A DNA stretch of 64,000 nucleotides from an uncultured virus (IMG/VR IMGVR_UViG_3300005607_000414). Lineage: Duplodnaviria; Heunggongvirae; Uroviricota; Caudoviricetes. Positions 19,752-27,549 of the stretch are shown here, in pieces. The DNA lies in IMG/VR virus record IMGVR_UViG_3300005607_000414, one strand, 5' to 3'. Position 1 is the stretch's first letter; each line of letters starts with the position of its first letter. The translations under genes and the position numbers were made by a program. The notes below the pieces were generated by a model. The model made no database searches. It saw nothing but the letters and a program-made list of their open reading frames with translations, and had not been told where the DNA came from.

Positions 19752-20246
19752 CTATTTGCCCTCCGCGCGGCGATACACGGTGCATTCGCGTCCGCGCCCC
19801 TGCTTGACAACTTCGAGGTCGCCGCCCTTGGCCATCGACGTGAGCGCGAGGCTGATGCTGGCTTTGCGCTGGCGTTCGAACTCCGGATGCTGGTACTTCG
19901 GATCTCCGTGGCCCCGGTGCGAGATGCTGGCGGTGTAGATCTCGTGGACCGTGAACGTTTGGCCCGCCGCGACCTGCTTCACGTACTCGCGGACCCGCTG
20001 CATCCCGACGTAGTGCTTCTCGCCGCCGTCGCCCTTGTTGCCGTTCGGGACCGCCACACCGCTCTGCACCGCCAGCCCGACCACCACGTCCTTCATCAAC
20101 TCCTGCGTGGTGGGATCTTCGAGCAGGTAGTACATCGACTCCAGCTTGGCGATCTTGCCTTCCTCCTCTTCGGCCTGCCGGAGGTACACGTTCCGCTGTT
20201 CTTGCGTCTGCGAGATGCGTTCAAGGATTCCTTCGAGCACGTCCAT
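19752..20246 (-). CDS. hypothetical protein (N-terminal coiled coil, possible C-terminal winged helix)
   Basis: TGATG-coupled to the Tas-like gene; SISLALTSMAKGGDLEVVKQGRGRECTVYR resembles a wHTH wing. Confidence 0.6.
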   Translation of the reverse strand: MDVLEGILERISQTQEQRNVYLRQAEEEEGKIAKLESMYYLLEDPTTQELMKDVVVGLAVQSGVAVPNGNKGDGGEKHYVGMQRVREYVKQVAAGQTFTVHEIYTASISHRGHGDPKYQHPEFERQRKASISLALTSMAKGGDLEVVKQGRGRECTVYRRAEGK

Positions 20247-21091
20247 CACGCCACCTCCTGCATCGGGAAGTTCGGTGGCTGGATCATGTCGGCGTGGCCG
20301 AGGATCGAGATGACGTACGGCTTGGGCGGCGGCGTGCCGGTGGCCAGCGTCCACGCGACATGGTGGTAGTGGGCCAGAAACAACTTCACGACCCAGCGCT
20401 TCGCCCGCGCGTGGATGTGGGCCGGCGGGAGCTTCCCGGCAGCGTACGCCTGGTACGCATCCGTGCTCTTGCCGATGTTGAACCGCTCCAGTTTGTAAGG
20501 GGCCTGGTCCGCGAACTTACCGGCCTCGTTGCGCTCCTGCTCGATCTGCTTCCTCTGGAGATACAACTGGCCGTAGAAGTCGTCCGGGCGTCCGGACACC
20601 TTCACAAAGGATTCCCCGATCTTCCAGCAGAGGCACTTCAGGCCCGCGTTCCACGGGCGGCGTTCACCCTTCTTCCACTCGACGGTGGGATCGAGGCCCG
20701 CGAACCGCCAGATACGCCCGACCGTCGCGCAGCGGGAGATGTCGATGTGCGCCGCCAGCCCCGCCGAAATGACGGGGCCGATGCCGACAATCGACTTCGC
20801 CCACCGCGCGGCCGGAAGCCCGTCCGTCCACGAGTTCAACGCACGCCTGATCTGCTTCTCGACCGTCTCGTTCTGCTCGAACAGCCAGCGCAGGACCTCG
20901 TGCGGCTCCTTCGACTCTGCGAGTGCGCGCACCTGATTGGCCGCAGCCTTGCGGTGTTCCTGCATCGCGTAATAGGCATCGACCAGATACCGCGCCTCAT
21001 CGATGCTCAGACTGACTGCGGCCTTTACAAGGTCGCGCTGGAGACGCCGAACAACATCGGGTGCCCCGCTCGTATCGGTGGTTTGCTCCAC
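20246..21091 (-). CDS. TasA-like Nop/IS110-Tnp-domain RNA-binding protein without nuclease domain
   Basis: YYAMQEHRKAAANQ coiled coil; SIVGIGPVISAGL; IWRFAGLDP; HARAKRWVVKLFL; no DEDD RuvC or HNH; no catalytic SG serine; adjacent 36-nt dual-repeat array. Confidence 0.8.
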   Translation of the reverse strand: MEQTTDTSGAPDVVRRLQRDLVKAAVSLSIDEARYLVDAYYAMQEHRKAAANQVRALAESKEPHEVLRWLFEQNETVEKQIRRALNSWTDGLPAARWAKSIVGIGPVISAGLAAHIDISRCATVGRIWRFAGLDPTVEWKKGERRPWNAGLKCLCWKIGESFVKVSGRPDDFYGQLYLQRKQIEQERNEAGKFADQAPYKLERFNIGKSTDAYQAYAAGKLPPAHIHARAKRWVVKLFLAHYHHVAWTLATGTPPPKPYVISILGHADMIQPPNFPMQEVA

Positions 21092-21117
21092 TGTGTTTCC
21101 CTTCCTTGGTGCTGCTG

Positions 21118-21265
21118 TTACTCGCTGGTGTCCTGGCGCGCTCGACCTTTATGGATCGCTCCATGACCTTGGTTCTCTCCGGCGGCATGGCTCGCGCGTA
21201 ATAAGTGGCACTCCCGGTCCCGATGGCTCGCTCAACTTGCCTGGTGCTCTCGACCTTCTTGGCTG
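21118..21265 (-). ncRNA. TIGR-like array 1 (about four 36-nt dual-spacer units)
   Basis: TGG (CCA on minus) at 21134, 21152, 21170, 21188, 21206, 21224, 21242, 21260, exactly 18 nt apart, with alternating AGCGAGCCA-type and AGAGNACCA-type repeats. Confidence 0.85.
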
Positions 21266-21302
21266 TTGCGCGGCGGGCCGACGCGCGACCCGCCGCTACG
21301 AG

Positions 21303-22148
21303 TTACTCCGCGCCGACGCTCCCAGCGAGGATGCCCATCGTCGTCTCGCCAGCCACGCGCTCGCGGATCTCCTTGAGCGCGTCTTCGATGAAGCGGTTGG
21401 GGCGAACGATCTCGTACCAGAAAATGAGCTTTCCCTCCTGGAGCCTCCAGCGCAGGCGCACCGGGATGCGGTACGCGGGACCGTTGACGTGGATCGGAAC
21501 GCCGAGGATGAACTGCTCCGGAACCTCCATCGTTCCTTTCTGCGCCGTGCCGCGGACCACTTCATCGAACTGGAATTGGATCTGCCCGTTCGACAGCCGC
21601 ACTCCGGAAGAGAACTCCACAGTCTTCTTGGCCTCGAACGTGAGCGCGACCTGGAGCAGATCCGCGCTGTTTGGTTCCACGATGTCGGGCATGTTCTCTT
21701 CGAGGAAGCGGGCAAAATCGACCTGAGTGAACTGCTTGCGGTTGCTGGCCATCCACGTCTCGAACTCCACGCTGCGGCGCGGCTTGAACGTGGCGGTGTG
21801 GCCACACCAGCCCGCCGTCTCGACCTCGTGGTAATCCAGCACTGCGATGAACTCCTCCTCCACCGTGTTGAAGAAGATCCGCGACACGGGCAGTTTGAAG
21901 TTGTTCACGTACGCGATGAACGAGTCGGTGTCGTACAGGTGGACCGACTCCTTAATCCGGAGCGGGCGCGGGAGAAACTTCTCCAGATCGACAACGTGGT
22001 AATCCTTCGGAACCACGGTGAAGACGCCCGCCTTCTCATCCACGCAGGGAGAGCGCGGATCGCCCAACGCCGCGCCAGCCGCAATCGCGGCCTGCGTGTC
22101 GCCAAACTGCTGCGTCTCCTGATTGCTGTTGCGATAGTCGTACGCCAC
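21303..22148 (-). CDS. DUF2303 (YfdQ-like) phage protein
   Basis: AVLDYH..GWCGHTA..QVDFARFLEEN..FSSGVRLSNGQIQFQF..RLRWRL. Confidence 0.85.
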   Translation of the reverse strand: MAYDYRNSNQETQQFGDTQAAIAAGAALGDPRSPCVDEKAGVFTVVPKDYHVVDLEKFLPRPLRIKESVHLYDTDSFIAYVNNFKLPVSRIFFNTVEEEFIAVLDYHEVETAGWCGHTATFKPRRSVEFETWMASNRKQFTQVDFARFLEENMPDIVEPNSADLLQVALTFEAKKTVEFSSGVRLSNGQIQFQFDEVVRGTAQKGTMEVPEQFILGVPIHVNGPAYRIPVRLRWRLQEGKLIFWYEIVRPNRFIEDALKEIRERVAGETTMGILAGSVGAE

Positions 22149-22484
22149 TTACACGACCTCCTTCAGTTGCTTCGGTTGCTGCTCGATATCGACCACGCGC
22201 AGCGGGAGCATCTGCTGCTTGGGATCGTTCCGGACGAGGCGGTTGTCCTCCGTGGCATAGAAGATCGTCATGCCACGCTCCGGTTCGGGCAGTTTGGTTT
22301 TCACTTGGGACTCGACCATCAGCACGTCGGTGGACTTCTTCGAAGCCGGTGCCACCTTGATCGTGAGAGTGATCGATCCCGCTTTTCCGGCCGCGCGCAC
22401 GGCGGCGACGACCTGTTCGAGCGCCTCACCGAGTTCAGTGACGGTCGCTCCGTTGTTCATCTGGAGAATGGTCTCGGGGAACAC
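22149..22484 (-). CDS. conserved phage protein (DUF2303 partner)
   Basis: VVAAVRAAGKAGSITLTIKV...IFYATEDNRLVRNDPKQ; GTG start after AAGGAGG. Confidence 0.75.
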   Translation of the reverse strand: MFPETILQMNNGATVTELGEALEQVVAAVRAAGKAGSITLTIKVAPASKKSTDVLMVESQVKTKLPEPERGMTIFYATEDNRLVRNDPKQQMLPLRVVDIEQQPKQLKEVV

Positions 22485-22494
22485 ACGAGCCTCC

Positions 22495-23190
22495 TTATTC
22501 CGTTGCGGCGCCAGGCGTGACGCGCGTGGAGAACGTTTCCACGAACGCACGCACTTCTTCTGCGCGGCTGATTTCATCGGGCGAGAGCTTCCGCACGAAC
22601 TTCAGCACCGCCTTGCCGTAGACCTTGCCCTGCGCGTTCTGCGCCTTCTCCAACTCGACCCGCAGGATGCAGTGGTAATACTGGATTCCCTGCGTGGCGA
22701 GCTTCAGGAAGAACTGCCGGATTGCCTTCAGGCTGGTGGGCGGCAGGGAGACGACCTCCGGCAGCATCGACGCGCCGCGCAGCATGAACAACTGCTTCAC
22801 CTGCTTGCAGGCCTGCGCGCCGTTCTCGCCGGAGTCCCACTGCGCCAGCGGGCACCCCGCGCACTCGCCGCCCGGATCGCCCTTTCCGTGCACGCCGTCG
22901 ATGGACGAGCAATCGGGCGGCACGTTCCCGGCGTCCTTGCTCTTGTAGTAAACGCGCGTGTCGCGCGCCGAGACGACCACGCCCTCGATGGACTGAGCCG
23001 TGGTGTCTCCTTCCAGGCCGGGGATCAACCAGAGCGCGGTGCCCGAGTTGACCTTGATCCGCGGCAGATCGAATTCGGTGATGCTGCCACTCGCGCAGTT
23101 GACGGCGAACGCCGCCATTACCGCCTGCCGTTCTTCCTCCGGCATGGAGAGCGCGAGAGGCGCGGGGGTTGCTTTTACGATGTCCGACAT
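22495..23190 (-). CDS. putative phage ssDNA-binding/replication accessory protein
   Basis: FDLPRIKV..PPDCSSIDG..CAGCP..GAQACK..LPPTSLK; position next to helicase. Confidence 0.55.
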   Translation of the reverse strand: MSDIVKATPAPLALSMPEEERQAVMAAFAVNCASGSITEFDLPRIKVNSGTALWLIPGLEGDTTAQSIEGVVVSARDTRVYYKSKDAGNVPPDCSSIDGVHGKGDPGGECAGCPLAQWDSGENGAQACKQVKQLFMLRGASMLPEVVSLPPTSLKAIRQFFLKLATQGIQYYHCILRVELEKAQNAQGKVYGKAVLKFVRKLSPDEISRAEEVRAFVETFSTRVTPGAATE

Positions 23191-23206
23191 AGTTCTCCTT
23201 TTCCGT

Positions 23207-23650
23207 TCAAGCCTTGCGGCTGCTGAGTTTGTGGCCGAGGTACACCTTGAGCGCGCGGCCCAACGATTCCGGAAGCGCCGCGCGAACGTCCTCCGCGCTC
23301 GCCACACGTTCCTCGTCCTGTGCGCGGGACATGACTTCTCCCGCGATCTCTTTCACGAACGCCCGCAGTTGCGAGTCGTTGTAGTTCTGCGGGATGAACT
23401 GATCCAGCCCAGCCTCTTTGAGGGCCTCCACAACCGCCCAGCGGTCCTCGATGGGGCTGGCGTACACGTCCGGAACGAGCTTCAGTTTCCGGCCATCCAC
23501 GCTGATCTCCTGGAACCCCGCGTTGACCATCTCGTCAACGACCACGCGCTCCAGAGACTTCAGATCCTGTTCAACCTGCTTCAGTTCTGCCGAGAGGGAG
23601 TCCTTGCGCCGTTCCAGACACACGTACTCCTTCGCCTTGGTGCTATCCAT
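23207..23650 (-). CDS. conserved phage coiled-coil protein (gp33-like)
   Basis: 147 aa, AGGAG RBS, N-terminal heptad pattern. Confidence 0.6.
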   Translation of the reverse strand: MDSTKAKEYVCLERRKDSLSAELKQVEQDLKSLERVVVDEMVNAGFQEISVDGRKLKLVPDVYASPIEDRWAVVEALKEAGLDQFIPQNYNDSQLRAFVKEIAGEVMSRAQDEERVASAEDVRAALPESLGRALKVYLGHKLSSRKA

Positions 23651-23665
23651 GCTGTTCGTCTCCTG

Positions 23666-25402
23666 CTAGTTGCCTTTGATCTCCGCGAGGATCGACTGCA
23701 CGATGTCCGCGCGCTTTTCGAGGGCGCGCATGACTTTCACATCCACCGTGCCCCGCGCGATCAGGTGGATGTGCGTGACGGGTTTCGTCTGTCCGGGCCG
23801 GTGCGTGCGCTTGCGCGCCTGATCGTACTTGCCCAAGGAGTACCCGACTGAGTAGAAGATCGAATAGCGAGCGCGCGTGAAGTCCACGCCCTCGCTGCCA
23901 GCGTCGATCTGCACGGCGAGCACCTGTGCCTCGCCAGCCTGCCAACGCTTCAGTTCGTCCCGCTTGCCCGACAGTTCGAGCGACGTAAGCTTCAACTGCT
24001 CGCAGACCTCGTGGACCGCCAGCAGGTCGGCCACGAACCGGCAGAAGACCACCACTGGCTCGCCGGAGGCTTCGAAGCCGTCCGCGCGATCCGTGCCGAT
24101 ATCTTCGAGCACGTCGGCCAGGAGCTTCTGCTTGCTGCTGTCGATACGGTGGATGGTGTCGTCGTCGGTCGGTACGCAGCCTCCGGTGATCTGCTGAAGC
24201 CGGAGGAGCTTCACCATCGCGTTCGCGGCGGTGATCGTGCCGTCCTGGACGCGAGCCACGAAGTCCTCGTCCAAGTCCTTATAGATCCGCGCGGCTTCGC
24301 CAGTCAGAGCGCAGTTGTAAGTGACGTCCGTGGCTGGCGGCAGGTCGAGTACCTCGTCGCCTACCTTGAACGTGACCTTACTCATGAGTCGCTGTAAGTC
24401 GTCCAAGTTCTGAAAGCCGGTGATCTGGCGCTTCTGGTAGCCGCCCATCACCGCATACTTGGTCCGGAACGCCGTGAACGAGGGACCGAAGATCGAGATA
24501 TCCAGGAAGCGGAAGATCGCGTAAATGTCCATCGGGCCGTGCGGCATCGGCGTGCCGGTAAGCGCCACGCGATGGGCGGCGCGCAGCCGCAACCGTTTGA
24601 AGAAGAGACTGGCCTTGCCGCCCGGAGCCTTGATCCTATGAGCCTCGTCCGCAATGACCAGATCCCACGTCACTTTCTCTGCCCACTCCGCGAAGGGGTC
24701 GCGCCAGGCCGAATCGTAGTTGATCACCGCGATGAACGGCTTGCCGAGGACCCGCGCGAGTTCCATCTTCACGGCAGCCTCGCGCATCTTGTCGGCCACG
24801 GAGCCGATATCCTCGTCAAGAGCAACGAGCACGACCGGCAGGCCGACGTGCTTCTCGAACTGCGCCACCCAAACCTGGACCACGCGCAAGGGTGCGACTA
24901 TCAGCGTGCGCCGCGCCGCGAGCCAGAGTACAAGCATGCAAGCCACGAGCGACTTTCCTGTGCCCATGCCCATCGCCAGGAGAATGCCGCGCAGCCCCGC
25001 GCTGAAGTGGTCGAGGCAGAATTTGAAAGCCACCTTCTGGTGTCGCCAGGGGCGCGTCTTCATCCCCTGCGGGACCGGGACCTCCGGTTCAGCCGGAGGC
25101 TCCGGCGCGGCCACGGGCGCCACCGCAGGCGTGGCGGGTTCCGTGGCCTCGCTCGTGCGCCTTGGTTCCATCCGCATCAATGGCTGTGCGCCGGAAATCA
25201 AACTCTCAAGGACGGTCGCGTCGTCGGTGGGCACGTGGCGCAGGCTGGCGCGCAGCCGCTTGGCCTGGCTCGCCGTGGCGGGGAACACCCAGCCGCGCAC
25301 GGCGTTTTCCCACCGGCCACCCAGCCGCGAGCACTGGAGGAGGTCCACGAGCGAAGGCCGAACGATGATCCGGCCGGCGGCGAGCGAGACGGTCGTTGTC
25401 AC
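23666..25402 (-). CDS. SNF2-family DEAH helicase
   Basis: MGMGTGKS, DEAHRIK, LTGTP, EGVDFT, QARKRTHRPGQ; GTG start 25402. Confidence 0.92.
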   Translation of the reverse strand: MTTTVSLAAGRIIVRPSLVDLLQCSRLGGRWENAVRGWVFPATASQAKRLRASLRHVPTDDATVLESLISGAQPLMRMEPRRTSEATEPATPAVAPVAAPEPPAEPEVPVPQGMKTRPWRHQKVAFKFCLDHFSAGLRGILLAMGMGTGKSLVACMLVLWLAARRTLIVAPLRVVQVWVAQFEKHVGLPVVLVALDEDIGSVADKMREAAVKMELARVLGKPFIAVINYDSAWRDPFAEWAEKVTWDLVIADEAHRIKAPGGKASLFFKRLRLRAAHRVALTGTPMPHGPMDIYAIFRFLDISIFGPSFTAFRTKYAVMGGYQKRQITGFQNLDDLQRLMSKVTFKVGDEVLDLPPATDVTYNCALTGEAARIYKDLDEDFVARVQDGTITAANAMVKLLRLQQITGGCVPTDDDTIHRIDSSKQKLLADVLEDIGTDRADGFEASGEPVVVFCRFVADLLAVHEVCEQLKLTSLELSGKRDELKRWQAGEAQVLAVQIDAGSEGVDFTRARYSIFYSVGYSLGKYDQARKRTHRPGQTKPVTHIHLIARGTVDVKVMRALEKRADIVQSILAEIKGN

Positions 25403-25602
25403 GCTGCCCTCTTTCTGGCCTTCTGGAGTTGGCGGCGCGCGTCCTCGATGGCCCGCGAGACATGTGCGGATTTCACCCGGCCATAGATCACCGCGTACAC
25501 GGTGTAAACCGAGACGCCCGCGATCTGCGCCGCCAGTTGCGGAACGCCGTTGTGGTTCGTGCGCTGGCGTTTGCGCGCAGGTTTCCTGTACTTCGTGGCC
25601 AT
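25399..25602 (-). CDS. small HTH DNA-binding protein (Cro-like)
   Basis: QLAAQIAGVSVYTVYAVIYGRVKS; first gene of early operon; GGAGAGG RBS. Confidence 0.7.
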   Translation of the reverse strand: MATKYRKPARKRQRTNHNGVPQLAAQIAGVSVYTVYAVIYGRVKSAHVSRAIEDARRQLQKARKRAA

Positions 25603-25747
25603 GCCTCTCCGCTCGTCCTTTGCGTTTAGGGACACGTCGGGCGCTCGACTTGTGACCCACCGGATGCTGAAGGTTTAGTAAGTGCGCGAGCTACCCGTCT
25701 CGCGCCGTTTCCTGCTCCGTGGCGAACTGCCCTGTGGCGTTTCCCGC

Positions 25748-25894
25748 TTGTGAACTACAATCCGAAAGTAACCCCACGTACTGCATCGGTCAAGCTATCG
25801 ACCTGACCCGATGTATCAGATTTTGAGCGAAATGTTTGATTACCCGGCAAATATTCCTGCAAAATAAACGAGCATTGTAGCTACAAGTCCGAAA
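25748..25894. promoter_or_regulatory. early control region with two operator-like sites
   Basis: AT-rich gap; perfect palindrome TTGTAGCTACAA (25875-25886) and variant TTGTGAACTACAA (25748-25760), both followed by TCCGAAA. Confidence 0.45.
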
Positions 25895-25947
25895 TACAAT
25901 TCAACCAACAGAAACGAAGGGGTTCTAAGCCTGCGGCTGGCAACGAT

Positions 25948-26556
25948 TTAGCACGTGTGGACGCGCGAGCAGGCGAGGGAATTCGCGGAAATGGTGAAGC
26001 CCGCGAAGTACGAGCGTGGCGGGAACAGGGAGTACGGGTGGGTTTGGAGGATGGCCTTGCCGAGCAGCCCCTCCGCGCGATAGACGGCATGGAAGAACGC
26101 CCCGCGATTCAGCGGGCGCGGCAGGTGGAGGCTGGCGTTGACGCGCGGCACGGCGACGAGCCACTCCTGGTCGTCCACGTGGTACGCCTCGAAGACGGCC
26201 AGTTCAATCGGCCGGCTGGCGAGGACACGCCGCGCCAGCATGATGAAGTCGGCGGCATACTCCGCTCGTTTGAAAGACGCGACGATGGCGCACCGGCCCT
26301 GCGCGTGGCCGACACGCTCGTACTGCACCGCGCCAGCCGATCCCATCGACGCCTGGCAGTGGTGGTACGAGGTCAAGCAGGCCCGGAAAACGCGCCGATA
26401 GACGCAGGCACACGTCCGGTATCCCCGACGCTTGCGGATCGTGCCAAGGCCACCGCAACGGCGGCAGGACGGCGTGGAGAGAGCCAGCGGGTCTGCGCCG
26501 GAGGCATGGTCGCCCGGATCAACGTCGCGGGCGACCAGGACACGAGCCAGAGACAT
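25948..26556 (-). CDS. zinc-finger-containing hypothetical protein (possible transcription regulator)
   Basis: CRRCGGLG...CACVYRRVFRAC; GGAGG RBS. Confidence 0.65.
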   Translation of the reverse strand: MSLARVLVARDVDPGDHASGADPLALSTPSCRRCGGLGTIRKRRGYRTCACVYRRVFRACLTSYHHCQASMGSAGAVQYERVGHAQGRCAIVASFKRAEYAADFIMLARRVLASRPIELAVFEAYHVDDQEWLVAVPRVNASLHLPRPLNRGAFFHAVYRAEGLLGKAILQTHPYSLFPPRSYFAGFTISANSLACSRVHTC

Positions 26557-26572
26557 GGGGCCTCCGTTGGGG

Positions 26573-26911
26573 TCACTCCGGCGTGTGACACCGGAGAGCC
26601 ATGCACTCCTTGGGGCGTTCCTCGCATCGCTTCTCGACGCGATCCACGCGCGTCTCCAGTTGATTGAGTTCCCGGCCAAGACTGCCGCGGATCTCCGCGA
26701 TCAACTGCGCGCTCACGTACTTGCCATTCAGCGTGGCCAGCACGTCGTCCTTCCACGTGACGAACTGCTTCACGAGAGTGACTTCGAGCGCGGAGGTATC
26801 CGCCTTCAACTTCGATTGGATGGCGGCGAGCCGGAGGCCGACGAACACGTTGATCGCGGTGCCTGCCACCGTCAACAGCGACAGGCCAACCGCGATCTCC
26901 TGCGGACTCAC
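26573..26911 (-). CDS. holin-like/membrane protein (one TM plus coiled coil)
   Basis: VGLSLLTVAGTAINVFVGL hydrophobic N-terminus; GTGA coupling. Confidence 0.55.
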   Translation of the reverse strand: MSPQEIAVGLSLLTVAGTAINVFVGLRLAAIQSKLKADTSALEVTLVKQFVTWKDDVLATLNGKYVSAQLIAEIRGSLGRELNQLETRVDRVEKRCEERPKECMALRCHTPE

Positions 26912-27174
26912 TGCGCGGACGCCGGAGCGCCCTTGGCGAACACGCCGGTCTTGTTGAGCACGTCCACGACGCCATCGACCAGATGAGCGACCGTCTGCAC
27001 GTGCTCCTCCGGCACCACTTCGCCCGCGATCTGCGATGCGGTCTGGATGGTGTTCAACGCGACCTGCGCCTTGGTGGTTCCGGGCGCGTGGACGCTCTGC
27101 TCGACGGCGACGACGGTGCTCATCACCACCGGCAGGTACTTGGCGATGAGGGCAATAATGCTGAGTGCGTTCAT
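26908..27174 (-). CDS. holin-like small protein
   Basis: MNALSIIALIAKYLPVV...GTTKAQVAL...DGVVDVLNKTGVF resembles LL-H-type holins. Confidence 0.5.
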   Translation of the reverse strand: MNALSIIALIAKYLPVVMSTVVAVEQSVHAPGTTKAQVALNTIQTASQIAGEVVPEEHVQTVAHLVDGVVDVLNKTGVFAKGAPASAQ

Positions 27175-27533
27175 TTGGAGTCTCCTTCTTGCGGTTCGGT
27201 CGGGAACAGCGTCTCGACCAGTGGTTGCAGCCAACGGCGGTCGGCGTTGGCGCCGTACGAGTCCCACATCTGGATCGCCGCCTTGATGCGCGCGACTTCC
27301 GGATCGGCGAACTCGAACTCTTTGCAGGGAATGGAGAGCGCGGGATTCCACACCGCGCGCTCCTGGCCCGCCACAATCTCGCGCTTCAACTCGACGGCTT
27401 TCTCCTCGTCGGCGTCGAGCGCGATGCGATCCTGGACAGCCCAGATCGCGCGAATAGAACCCACGTCTGCCCGCTGCGCGCCCAAAAGCGCGTGCAGGTT
27501 CAGACGCTGGGTGTGGTCCAGCGTCAACTTCAT
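27171..27533 (-). CDS. hypothetical protein (possible tail fibre chaperone)
   Basis: 120 aa directly downstream of tail fibre. Confidence 0.6.
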   Translation of the reverse strand: MKLTLDHTQRLNLHALLGAQRADVGSIRAIWAVQDRIALDADEEKAVELKREIVAGQERAVWNPALSIPCKEFEFADPEVARIKAAIQMWDSYGANADRRWLQPLVETLFPTEPQEGDSK

Positions 27534-27549
27534 CGGTTTGCCTTTCGAA

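Noticed and set aside
20246..21091. IS110 transposase / insertion sequence
   Set aside because: No N-terminal DEDD RuvC domain and no SG catalytic serine after GLDP; gene is translationally coupled within a phage operon and has a TIGR-type array
21118..21265. CRISPR array
   Set aside because: Repeats (~9-10 nt) and spacers (8-9 nt) are far too short, two repeats alternate, and no cas genes are present
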